Part shown: positions 37,968 to 47,002 of the stretch, one piece after another
Layout: each line of letters begins with the position of its first letter
Numbering within the stretch: the stretch's first letter is position 1
Origin: a virus
Strand: one strand, 5' to 3'
DNA: 64,000 nucleotides
IMG/VR virus record: IMGVR_UViG_3300025010_000005
Coordinates: 36,705-100,704 of that record
The notes under the pieces: generated by a model
The model's database searches: none
Seen by the model: only the letters and a program-made list of their open reading frames with translations
What the model was told of the DNA's origin: nothing
Made by a program: the position numbers and the translations under genes

Positions 37968-38384
37968 TTATTTTTCTCCATTCAGAAATTTTTTAATTTT
38001 TTCATTATTTTCATCAATTTCTTTTTGCTTTTTTGCTTTTTCTAAATTTTTATAACAATAATCTATTTTTTTATCTAACTCTTTATGGTCACTTCCTTTA
38101 ACTTTAAAAGAATAAATTTCTTCATAATATGATCTTCCGAATGAATAGTTTTTGAATGTAAAACATATAACATCATCTGAAAAGAGTCCTCGATCAATAA
38201 CAAACATTTTTGTTCTATTGTAATTTATAAACTTATTTCTATTCCTAGTTAGGTTGCAAATGCTATCACCACAAAGTTCTTCATAATTATCATAATAGTA
38301 TTTCCAATCTGAATTGTTACTTCCATCGCTATTATGATGATTGATTACATTCCAAAACAATTTCTCTAGTTCGTGGTTTTTCAT
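37968..38384 (-). CDS. hypothetical protein
   Basis: GGAGG SD; abuts neighbours. Confidence 0.7.
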   Translation of the reverse strand: MKNHELEKLFWNVINHHNSDGSNNSDWKYYYDNYEELCGDSICNLTRNRNKFINYNRTKMFVIDRGLFSDDVICFTFKNYSFGRSYYEEIYSFKVKGSDHKELDKKIDYCYKNLEKAKKQKEIDENNEKIKKFLNGEK

Positions 38385-39176
38385 TTATACCTCCCAAAGT
38401 TTCGGCTTGTTAATGTTCTCTACCAACTTATTATAATGTTTTAAAGCATGATTGATATACGGTGCAACATCTTCTCCTTCCATTGAAGAATTAAATTTAA
38501 ATTGACCGCCAACCTCATTCATTCTCAACATATCCGGTGCAATTCCTCTGTTAACATAATGAAGATCCAGTGAATAAATTTTATGTTTGGCTTTTTCTGG
38601 AACAAGATATTTTCCATATCCATTATTCAAACCGGCTAGATATATTTGAAGACTTACCATTCCATGTTCCATACCATAAATGCCAAAATCTTCATTATAC
38701 CTTCTAAAAGAGTCAATTGCTTCTCTAGTGAAGAACAACATGCATCCAGCGCAGTTGTCAAATTCTTCTACGCCATTTCGTGTTGAAATAAGTTTTAAAT
38801 TTCCAACTTCAATCATAAACATCATATGATTGATTCCAGTTTGATTGCTTAACCGAATGTATTCTTTTTCCCATCCATAATATGAAGGAAAACAATCATC
38901 ATCCATTAAAAAGACGTAATCATAATTTTTTAGGTTATCAAGACAAACATTTTTTGATCCCGCAACTCCAAGACGCTCAGTATTGTATAAGTATAAAACT
39001 TCTTCTCTTGAAGATAAACATACACCGCAATTTTTTATTCGCTTGTCTGAATCACTATTGTCGTCAACTACAATTAGTTTTGTTTCAGCTTTAGGCCAAT
39101 ATGTAAGAAAATGTCTCATTGCAATTGATAAAACTTCAGGTCGATTCCTGGTCGTGACTCCGATGCCAATTTTCAT
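38385..39176 (-). CDS. family 2 glycosyltransferase
   Basis: TTRNRP, VVDDNS, GVAGSKN, FLMDDD, YGMEH. Confidence 0.9.
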   Translation of the reverse strand: MKIGIGVTTRNRPEVLSIAMRHFLTYWPKAETKLIVVDDNSDSDKRIKNCGVCLSSREEVLYLYNTERLGVAGSKNVCLDNLKNYDYVFLMDDDCFPSYYGWEKEYIRLSNQTGINHMMFMIEVGNLKLISTRNGVEEFDNCAGCMLFFTREAIDSFRRYNEDFGIYGMEHGMVSLQIYLAGLNNGYGKYLVPEKAKHKIYSLDLHYVNRGIAPDMLRMNEVGGQFKFNSSMEGEDVAPYINHALKHYNKLVENINKPKLWEV

Positions 39177-39181
39177 AAAAT

Positions 39182-39739
39182 TTATTCTCCTTTTAAAAAT
39201 TTGGTAATTTTATTTATTTCAACTATATTTTCACATTTATTTGGAAAATTTAAAGTAGCAAAATTTTTATGTAAAATTCTAGCAATTTGATCATATGCCA
39301 AAGCTGCCCGTATTTCATCATCAAATAAACCAATATGAATTGATTTATAATTCACCATAATACTACTTCCCCACTTTTTGCCTTTTGCGTGCCAACAAAC
39401 GCCTTTAAATTTCGATGTAGTATTTTTTGTCTTTCTTGCTTTGATTCCAATATTTTTTCCATTTTCTGATTTTGTACATTTTCTTAAATTAACTAAGGTA
39501 TTATCTGTTCTGATATGATTTATATGATCTGTACAAATTTCACTACTAAATAAAAGAATATCTAATATTTGCCTGTGCATATAAATTATTTCTGGATAAT
39601 TTGCATTTTCTTTATTGATTTTTGTTCTTATAACGTATCCAGATTCGTTAATTCTCCAATTATATTTATTTAATTCCTCGTATTTATCGTCGTCCACTAA
39701 AGCAATTTTATCAGAATTTGTTAATTTAATTTCTTTCAT
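39182..39739 (-). CDS. HNH-AP2 homing endonuclease
   Basis: MHRQI, DHINH..DN...NLR, SKFKGV, AALAYD. Confidence 0.9.
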   Translation of the reverse strand: MKEIKLTNSDKIALVDDDKYEELNKYNWRINESGYVIRTKINKENANYPEIIYMHRQILDILLFSSEICTDHINHIRTDNTLVNLRKCTKSENGKNIGIKARKTKNTTSKFKGVCWHAKGKKWGSSIMVNYKSIHIGLFDDEIRAALAYDQIARILHKNFATLNFPNKCENIVEINKITKFLKGE

Positions 39740-39873
39740 TCATTTAATTTCCCTTTCATCAAAAATTAACTTCATACAGCTTGTGCAAACATAATCAATT
39801 ACATAAAGAGTTCCGAACCAATGTTTATAAGGAATTACTTTATTTACATGAGTTCCACAACTTTCACAATACA

Positions 39874-40347
39874 TCATTTTATCAACCTCTTTGCATTCTC
39901 AAAATCTTCTGGTGAAGGAGTTGGACGATAATAAACATCAAAGTTTGGATACATCAAACTTTCAACACTGTCATTGTGATCAAGTCCGATTGCGTGACCA
40001 AGTTCGTGATACATAAGAGCTTTTAAATCATCATTATTATATTCACCAAACACAACAATTTTTTCTCTTCCGTCCCAACTTTCATACTGAGCCATTCTTC
40101 TTAAACCATTCAAGTATGGAGCATTTTCGTTTTCAAATTCAAAATACAAACCTCGACCGTTTACGTTAAAGTATTTTTTATCAACTCCTTTATTCCATCC
40201 CCATAAAGCTTCTTTAATTGTTGAAGCTTTTTCCTCACTCATACCTGATAAATTAACATTTTTTTGTACGTTAGGGCTTTGTCCAGAAATCAGGGAGCAG
40301 CCTTCAATAATTATTAGGGCAACTATACCCATTAAATATTTTCTCAT
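39874..40347 (-). CDS. matrixin-like zinc metalloprotease, putative lipoprotein
   Basis: HELGHAIGLDH plus SLMYP Met-turn; signal ending IIEGC. Confidence 0.9.
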   Translation of the reverse strand: MRKYLMGIVALIIIEGCSLISGQSPNVQKNVNLSGMSEEKASTIKEALWGWNKGVDKKYFNVNGRGLYFEFENENAPYLNGLRRMAQYESWDGREKIVVFGEYNNDDLKALMYHELGHAIGLDHNDSVESLMYPNFDVYYRPTPSPEDFENAKRLIK

Positions 40348-40406
40348 AATATAATCCTTGCCACAAAAAAGGAGCGATCTTTAACGACCGCTCCATTATA
40401 CTATAT

Positions 40407-41873
40407 CTATGCAGATTTGTCAACCTTTTTTGGTTTTTTTTCTGCAACCTCTTTAAGTTTTCCTCCTAAACCGGACCCACTTTTCATATCAGTTTGTTCC
40501 TTTTGTGCCTTTTCAAATATAGTCTCGACCTTAGCACCCGTATCTGGATCAATTCCAACAATGTCACCAAATTTACTACTTCCATTGTTGGTTGCGATAA
40601 GTAGTGTGTTTCCTGCGATTTCATTATCAAGCAAAGGCATTGAAAGAAGTTTACGAGCTTCATTTGGTTTAATGCCGTAAGCGGAAATTGCGTTGATTGA
40701 TTCTATGGCATTTCCCATGTCAAATCTAGTTTTTGCGCCAGCTTCAATTTTAAGTTCTTTCCATCCAAGAATTTGACGGAAAAGTTTGTGAGTGATTTTA
40801 TCAAATACAATTTTTTGGAATACGTCGAGCGTATTCGTATAGAAAGCAAGTTCTTCTGATTTGATAACTTCAAGGTTTGAGTTTCCATCGTCTGAACGAA
40901 TACCAGCGATTGAAAGAGGAACACCAGCGGCGATAAGACAATCATCTTTTCCAGCATCACTCAATTTCTTAAAATCAAAATCTGTGAATCTATTTCCGTC
41001 CTTAATTAATTTCATGTCACCTTCAAGAATCATTGTTCTGCCAAAGTTTTCAGGTTTGGTGAACATTTCTTTGATGAACTCTCTGTTTCGTTGAGCAACA
41101 TCGGCATCTGCGTCTTGAGTGAAAATTGCACCCGCTGTCATTCCAAGTTCAAACCAGGAATTTAGAGCTTTTTGGGCGTTAAGGTTTGTTGCAATATTTA
41201 CAAGTTGAGAAACAAATAATGGTTTTCCGTAAACGAAACTTTTTGGATTGGTTGTCTTGAAGTGGACAATTTCTTCTTCAAGATAAATTCTTGGTTCACC
41301 AACAATGTCATTCTGAACATATCCAAAATGCATAATATTTCTATCATCGTAATAAGGAATAACGTAGATTGTCTCTGGTGGTAGAGTCCAAAGTGAATTA
41401 AGTGAACCATCTCTATTCCTAATAATTTGAACGTATGCGTTTCCGTAAAGCCCAAGATTTTCAAAAATAGTTTTAAAGAATTCAATTCCAGTTTGGTGAA
41501 GATTTGGATAGGTAAGTAATTCTGTCATATCTGCAATTCTACTATCCCATATCTTTGTTTGACCTTTTTTAATATCACCAACGGTTACAATTCTAAACAT
41601 AGGAACTGTAGATACACAAGTTCCACCAATAACACGAACTGTTAAATCAACCCAAGGAGAATTATCTGCAAGTTCGGTAAACAACGACATTGGATGAACT
41701 GGAAGAACACCCATTTCTGAGTTATATTCGTGAGTTGCAATTTGCTTTACATTTGGTTTTCTTGTTGGATTTTGAGTTTCTGGTTGAGGAATTACAGTAA
41801 TAGAGCGTTTAGTTTGCAACTCTCTATCTTTTGCTTCCATATCTAATCTCATAATTTCATTAATATCTTCCAA
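40407..41873 (-). CDS. portal protein
   Basis: YPN, GNAYVQI, EIVHFK, YGKP, AGVP, PNEARK motifs. Confidence 0.92.
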   Translation of the reverse strand: MEDINEIMRLDMEAKDRELQTKRSITVIPQPETQNPTRKPNVKQIATHEYNSEMGVLPVHPMSLFTELADNSPWVDLTVRVIGGTCVSTVPMFRIVTVGDIKKGQTKIWDSRIADMTELLTYPNLHQTGIEFFKTIFENLGLYGNAYVQIIRNRDGSLNSLWTLPPETIYVIPYYDDRNIMHFGYVQNDIVGEPRIYLEEEIVHFKTTNPKSFVYGKPLFVSQLVNIATNLNAQKALNSWFELGMTAGAIFTQDADADVAQRNREFIKEMFTKPENFGRTMILEGDMKLIKDGNRFTDFDFKKLSDAGKDDCLIAAGVPLSIAGIRSDDGNSNLEVIKSEELAFYTNTLDVFQKIVFDKITHKLFRQILGWKELKIEAGAKTRFDMGNAIESINAISAYGIKPNEARKLLSMPLLDNEIAGNTLLIATNNGSSKFGDIVGIDPDTGAKVETIFEKAQKEQTDMKSGSGLGGKLKEVAEKKPKKVDKSA

Positions 41874-41886
41874 TTTTATCTCCTTG

Positions 41887-43317
41887 CTAGATTAAATAAA
41901 ATCTACTTAACATTGTTGTATTATTTTTTGCAGCCACAGCACAGATAAATGAACTAGGAATATCATCATGACCACTTCCTGCTGCCGCAATTTTGTTTGT
42001 CACGGTATTAACTGAAAGGTTAACAAATTCACTAATAATTTGATCTACATTTGGGGCAGAAATTTGTTCCTTTTCAATCATAAGTCTAAGATTTGAATAC
42101 ATTTGAAGTTTTGATGCATTTGTAAATAAAACAGGAAAAACTCTATCTCTTATTTTTGTTTTGTTTAACATCTGACCAACTGCAAGTCCAAGACCACCAG
42201 TGGTATCAAAGCCAACTTTTTTTGCTCCAAATACTTGCGCGATAAGACTAACATAAGCCGTTTGTAATTGAAGTTCTGTATTTTTAGCAAATTGCTTCAT
42301 TGCAATCATTTCCCAAACTTCGTCACTTCTAATACCAAAAACAGTAACCATAGAACCGTCGATTGTGATAGCGGGATCATATCCAATATAAATTCCTTTT
42401 GGATATCTAAATTTCATTTCATCTTTAAACCCGTTATCAGGAACGTTATCCTCATTCATCTCTGAAATAAATTTAAGATCAATTAATTCTAGAGTATCAT
42501 CAATCATTTTTTCCATAATGAAATCATAAGGAAACATTGAATCGCTAATATCGTCAAGAAATTGACATTCATATTCTTGAAGAAACTGTCTTGGATGCAT
42601 TCCCAAACGAAGGTCATCAATTACAGCGGCGATGTGAGGAACGTCAGACCAGTGGATTCTGATAATTTGTTTTGCCCTGGCTCCAATAATATCGCCATGA
42701 TCATCTTTCTTTGGATTACAAAGATCATAAAACATATTATTTTTACCCTTTGGGGAACTTGCTGTAATGATCGAATATCCTTTTGAAATACAAGGATAAA
42801 TAGCTTCCCAAATTTCATCGCCTTCTTTTCTACCGAAGGTTCCATATTCATCAAGGAAAACGTCGCCAGTGAATCCTCGACAAGAGTCTGGATTGGTTGG
42901 TAGTGAATAAACAACCGAACCATTTGAGAATTTAATTTGTTCTTCCGTGTCTTTAACTAATTCCGGTCTCATAAATTCAGGCATTGTACTAATGAAATAT
43001 TTGATTTTGTTCAATACACGAACAGACTGTTTTTGTGAACGAGATACAATAAGCAATTCTGGTGTTTGACCAAAATATGCTTTATGAAGTGATTTTGCCT
43101 GAATAGCTGTTGAAATTCCAATCTGTCGTGATTTAACAACAGCAACAACATTATCAGTTTTTTTTAATAGATTTAAAAACTGAATTTGTTTAGAATATAA
43201 TGTTTGTTCAGTCCCATCTGGTTCATAAAAACATTTGGTAAATGCTTTTACAAATCCGGCAGCATCATGAGAAAATCTATCATTTAGTTTTGTGAGAATA
43301 TCTTTTTCTTTACTCAT
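41887..43317 (-). CDS. terL: terminase large subunit
   Basis: KSRQIGIST Walker A, VFLDE Walker B, IGYDPA and GHDD nuclease motifs. Confidence 0.95.
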   Translation of the reverse strand: MSKEKDILTKLNDRFSHDAAGFVKAFTKCFYEPDGTEQTLYSKQIQFLNLLKKTDNVVAVVKSRQIGISTAIQAKSLHKAYFGQTPELLIVSRSQKQSVRVLNKIKYFISTMPEFMRPELVKDTEEQIKFSNGSVVYSLPTNPDSCRGFTGDVFLDEYGTFGRKEGDEIWEAIYPCISKGYSIITASSPKGKNNMFYDLCNPKKDDHGDIIGARAKQIIRIHWSDVPHIAAVIDDLRLGMHPRQFLQEYECQFLDDISDSMFPYDFIMEKMIDDTLELIDLKFISEMNEDNVPDNGFKDEMKFRYPKGIYIGYDPAITIDGSMVTVFGIRSDEVWEMIAMKQFAKNTELQLQTAYVSLIAQVFGAKKVGFDTTGGLGLAVGQMLNKTKIRDRVFPVLFTNASKLQMYSNLRLMIEKEQISAPNVDQIISEFVNLSVNTVTNKIAAAGSGHDDIPSSFICAVAAKNNTTMLSRFYLI

Positions 43318-44029
43318 TTGGTTTCTCGGTTACATCTTCTGAATCAATATCTATCACAGGATATTTAAATGCGTCATCTTCAAGAAAGTCCTCAATTTTG
43401 TTGTATTTCTTTTTACTATTTTCTTGAACATGATTCAAAATCAGGACTGTTAAATCCTTGTTATTAATGTCTTCTTTTTTATCAACCAATGCGTCTAACC
43501 TTGTTGACCATTTTAAAGCCAATTCGCTTAATTCCTGAATTCTCATTCCATCGAGATCGCCATTAACTATTTTATCAATCATTGCATCTGTAATGCTTTG
43601 AGCAATACGTTTGCTTGCTTTGATTCTATTTCCTCTATCGGATAAACCTTCTCGATGGGTTGCATCTGTTACTGCCGCCATAAAAGGAACAATCTTATGC
43701 CAATCCATAATTGTTTCATAACAAACTCCAAGTTTGTTTGCAGTCTCAGAATTTGAATATCCAGCGCCAAGCAATTTAACTGCTTCTTTTTGTTTGTCAG
43801 ATAACTGAACTTGCGTTTGGAGTTGTAATTCCATCATTGCTCGTTCAGCAACATCGTTTGCTAACTTGGTTAATTGTTGTGTTTTTTCTTTAATAATATC
43901 TTTTTTTAACTGATCCATATCAGACTTGGAGATGTTCGTTTTTTTGGAAACATCCTTTTTTGTCTCTTTTTTTGCAATTTTTTCAGATATTTCTTTCTTT
44001 TTTGTAGTTTTTTTACCTTTTTCTGCCAT
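43310..44029 (-). CDS. terminase small subunit (HTH)
   Basis: LSDKQKEAVKLLGAG..SETANKLGV..TI..W HTH; directly upstream of TerL. Confidence 0.75.
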   Translation of the reverse strand: MAEKGKKTTKKKEISEKIAKKETKKDVSKKTNISKSDMDQLKKDIIKEKTQQLTKLANDVAERAMMELQLQTQVQLSDKQKEAVKLLGAGYSNSETANKLGVCYETIMDWHKIVPFMAAVTDATHREGLSDRGNRIKASKRIAQSITDAMIDKIVNGDLDGMRIQELSELALKWSTRLDALVDKKEDINNKDLTVLILNHVQENSKKKYNKIEDFLEDDAFKYPVIDIDSEDVTEKPNE

Positions 44030-44109
44030 TTTTATTCTCCTTCACTTATTATTATATAAAATATGTGCAAAGCAATAAAAAGAAAAGGGCGCTTTCGCGC
44101 CCCGTTCAA

Positions 44110-44745
44110 CTAAATGATTTCGTCAACAACACCAAGTTTTAATGCTTCCTCTGCAAACATATACCAATCGGTTTTCCGTTCATTTACAATTTTGAGTTTG
44201 TCTGCATCAATGCTTGTAGATGAAAGAACCAAATCGTCTCCGATTTGTTGAAGTTGAGCCATATGCTCTACGTTCTCGATGATTTCGTTTAACTTACCCA
44301 TTGCTCCACCAGAGATTTGATGATACATTAATGTTGAATACTTCTGACAGAAACGTCTGTGTCCAGCACACAGAATCATAAATCCACATGACATTGCTTT
44401 TCCCAAAGCACAGGTGAAGATTGGAGTTGACGAAGATTGAATTGCCGAGATAATTGAGAAACATTCATAAACATTTCCGCCGAAAGTGTTGAGATAAAGA
44501 ACGATTGGATGTTCTTCTCGCTTATATCCAACCTTTTCCATCTCCGCGTCATCATCTTCCTGGTTGAATTTCTCGATTTGCATTACAACAGTTTCAATCA
44601 ACTTCTCGGTGATTTCCTCGTTAATTAAAATTTCTCTGTCTTTGAGCATTTCATCTTTAAGACTGCCACCCAAAAGTAAGAATGAATCCTCTGAACCTTT
44701 AATTTCCTTTGAGTCTTGTTTCTGCGATTTTGAAATATGTTTCAT
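44110..44745 (-). CDS. clpP: ClpP-like protease
   Basis: LNTFGGNV, AMSCG (Ser), MYHQ (His), DWY (Asp), AEEALKLGVVDEI. Confidence 0.92.
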   Translation of the reverse strand: MKHISKSQKQDSKEIKGSEDSFLLLGGSLKDEMLKDREILINEEITEKLIETVVMQIEKFNQEDDDAEMEKVGYKREEHPIVLYLNTFGGNVYECFSIISAIQSSSTPIFTCALGKAMSCGFMILCAGHRRFCQKYSTLMYHQISGGAMGKLNEIIENVEHMAQLQQIGDDLVLSSTSIDADKLKIVNERKTDWYMFAEEALKLGVVDEII

Positions 44746-45453
44746 CTAGTTCCATCCCCACATATTTTCTATTCTCTAGCTTCGCTGCTAAAGGAATACT
44801 GCCTGATCCTGCAAACGTGTCAAGTACAACATCTCCTTCATTACTATATGTTCTTACTAAATAGCGACAAAGCTCTAAAGTTTTTTGTGTCGGATGAAGT
44901 TTATTTTTTTCATCTAACCCATAACATAAAACATCTTTAGGGTAATTAGTAAACTCTTGTTTATATTCTTTTCCCCTCAAAATAGATTTATGTGGCATCA
45001 TTGATTCGCCACCAACCGTCATCGAGTTTTTACAAGTTCTATCAACTCGAATTAAACCTTGTGGATTATAAATAGATTGCGGCGTTCCAAAAACGCAAAT
45101 GTCCTCAACAAGTTTAAGAGGACGAAGTTTGGCGTTAAGGAATCCTGTAGGTCTATTTTTCATCCAAGTCCAACGGTACTTAAATTGTTTTATATTACTC
45201 AGAATAACTTTGCTTGTAAATGGTTCTCCGGCAAACATTAAAACAACACCATTTGGTTTAAGAATACGATTGTAATTTTCCCAAAGCAAATCTAAATCCA
45301 ATTCATATTCAAACTTACACTTTGTTGTGTTATAGGGTGCTTTTACGGAGGATCAGTTAAGATTAGGTCCACGGAATTGTCTTCCATTTGACTCATCATT
45401 TTAAAACAGTCCTCGTTGTAAATCTCATTGATCCTCAGTAAAACCACCCCCAT
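44699..45453 (-). CDS. beta-class N6-adenine/N4-cytosine DNA methyltransferase split at the DPPY motif (recoded gene or pseudogene)
   Basis: 5' frame ...NEIYNEDCFKMMSQMEDNSVDLILTDPP-stop (45453-45343); 3' frame YNTTKC...RILKPNG...HPTQK...DTFAGSGS from 45334; 11-nt gap. Confidence 0.85.
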
Positions 45454-45501
45454 TCGATTTTTTACACATATTGTTATCTCTGCTTTCTGTTTTAATTATT
45501 T

Positions 45502-45598
45502 AAAAAATGGTTTGTTCCTCGTCAGGAACCAGGCACGTCCAAAAAGCCTGCGCTTAACGTGGTGCGCCGGAGGGAATCTCACAGAGGCGTGTTAAGCA
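45502..45598. ncRNA. GC-rich three-hairpin element upstream of the methyltransferase
   Basis: GCTTAAC/GTTAAGC, CAGGC/GCCTG and GTTCCT/AGGAAC stems; U6 tract on minus strand. Confidence 0.5.
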
Positions 45599-45614
45599 AT
45601 TTAAAATATGTCAC

Positions 45615-45905
45615 TTAATATACAATTGTTTCTATTGTTGGTTTTCCAAATTTATATTTTCCGTTGATCCATTTGCCAAAAGTTATAGACTTTTGTTTTG
45701 TTGAAAGAGTTGTCTTGTTTAAATCAACTCCAAAATAATAAATTTTAAAAACACGACCAAGGCAACAAATTGAAAAATATAAACCAATTAATTTATGATT
45801 TAACTTATTTCTTATTAATGCAATATTGATTTCTGTTAACCAACAAAATTTTGCCAATTTATCACTATATATTCCGATTGTTAAATCATTTCTTTTATAT
45901 TTCAT
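45615..45905 (-). CDS. hypothetical protein
   Basis: AAGGAG SD; coupled to upstream stop. Confidence 0.65.
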   Translation of the reverse strand: MKYKRNDLTIGIYSDKLAKFCWLTEINIALIRNKLNHKLIGLYFSICCLGRVFKIYYFGVDLNKTTLSTKQKSITFGKWINGKYKFGKPTIETIVY

Positions 45906-47002
45906 TACAATAAATTCTCCTTAAACCATTCATATCGTTGCTTATTTACTTTATCCAAATCGTACCATTCAATTACTGTATCAAGTGATTTAGAACCAAG
46001 ATCATGTCTTAAGTTTTTATCTTGAATCAATGCTTCAATGTGTTTTTCCCAAATTTGACGTTTATTGTTTTTAACCAGAAGATTTGCTCCATCAGACATA
46101 TAGTTGAATCTTTCATACGGAGCGATCTTTGTCGAAACAGACGGTACACCCCAAATTCCAGCTTCAAGACATTTTAGTTCTGACTTTGATTCGTTGAAAG
46201 CAGAATTAACTACTGGCGTTAAGTTAATGTCGAACATACTTGGAATTTTGAAATGTTCTTCAAATTTAACGTGAGGAATATACATCTTCTGTGCTTCTGG
46301 AATATCAAATAAATCAAGAAATTCGGGGTTTGAACAAAGGGCGAAGATTGCATTAGGGTTGCGCTTAAACACGCCTTGTAGATTTTTGGCGATAGTCATA
46401 AGGCTACTATAATGTGTTGATGAACCAGTCCAACCAATAATAACTTTATCCTCTGGTAATTCATTTCGTCTTGAATCAACACCAATATATTTATTGATAT
46501 CAATTGCATTTGGAATAACTGTGATATTTGGATTGTGTTGTTTATACAATTCTTTTAATTCTGGAGTTGAACAGAAAATATGGTCACACATTTTTAAAGA
46601 CTTAATGAAGATGATTAATGCTTTTGATCCATTATGCCAAACTTTATGTGCTGGTGAAGTTGGATCAATATGAATGAGATCGTCGTCAATATCTTGATAA
46701 ATTTTCTTTCCTTGTTCTTTAAGAAACTTCATTACAGCAAGAATCTTTTCATCAGAGACTCGTTGAAAAACTATCGCATCATATTTCATTAAATCTTTTG
46801 CAAAATCTTGAATTGCAACACCAAACTCAATTTTATATTCACCAAACTCGATTTTAGTTCCATTTTTTAATTCATCATTGTAAAGATCAAACTCTATGTC
46901 ACCTTTTCCATTATAACGTTCCATGAGTCTTTTTACTGGTTGAATTATTCGATATTCTCCACAAGCGAACTTGTCCGCAGGAATATATAATACTTTTTTC
47001 AA
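45905..47002 (-). CDS. GT-B fold glycosyltransferase (GT4-like)
   Basis: YRI..P, DIDDD, STPEL, VIPNAID, IGWTGS..H, FNESKSELKCLEAG..GVP. Confidence 0.9.
   Translation of the reverse strand: MKKVLYIPADKFACGEYRIIQPVKRLMERYNGKGDIEFDLYNDELKNGTKIEFGEYKIEFGVAIQDFAKDLMKYDAIVFQRVSDEKILAVMKFLKEQGKKIYQDIDDDLIHIDPTSPAHKVWHNGSKALIIFIKSLKMCDHIFCSTPELKELYKQHNPNITVIPNAIDINKYIGVDSRRNELPEDKVIIGWTGSSTHYSSLMTIAKNLQGVFKRNPNAIFALCSNPEFLDLFDIPEAQKMYIPHVKFEEHFKIPSMFDINLTPVVNSAFNESKSELKCLEAGIWGVPSVSTKIAPYERFNYMSDGANLLVKNNKRQIWEKHIEALIQDKNLRHDLGSKSLDTVIEWYDLDKVNKQRYEWFKENLL

Noticed and set aside
45560-45578. attP site derived from a tRNA 3' end
   Set aside because: Match is short and imperfect (no TTC T loop) and no integrase is present in the window.
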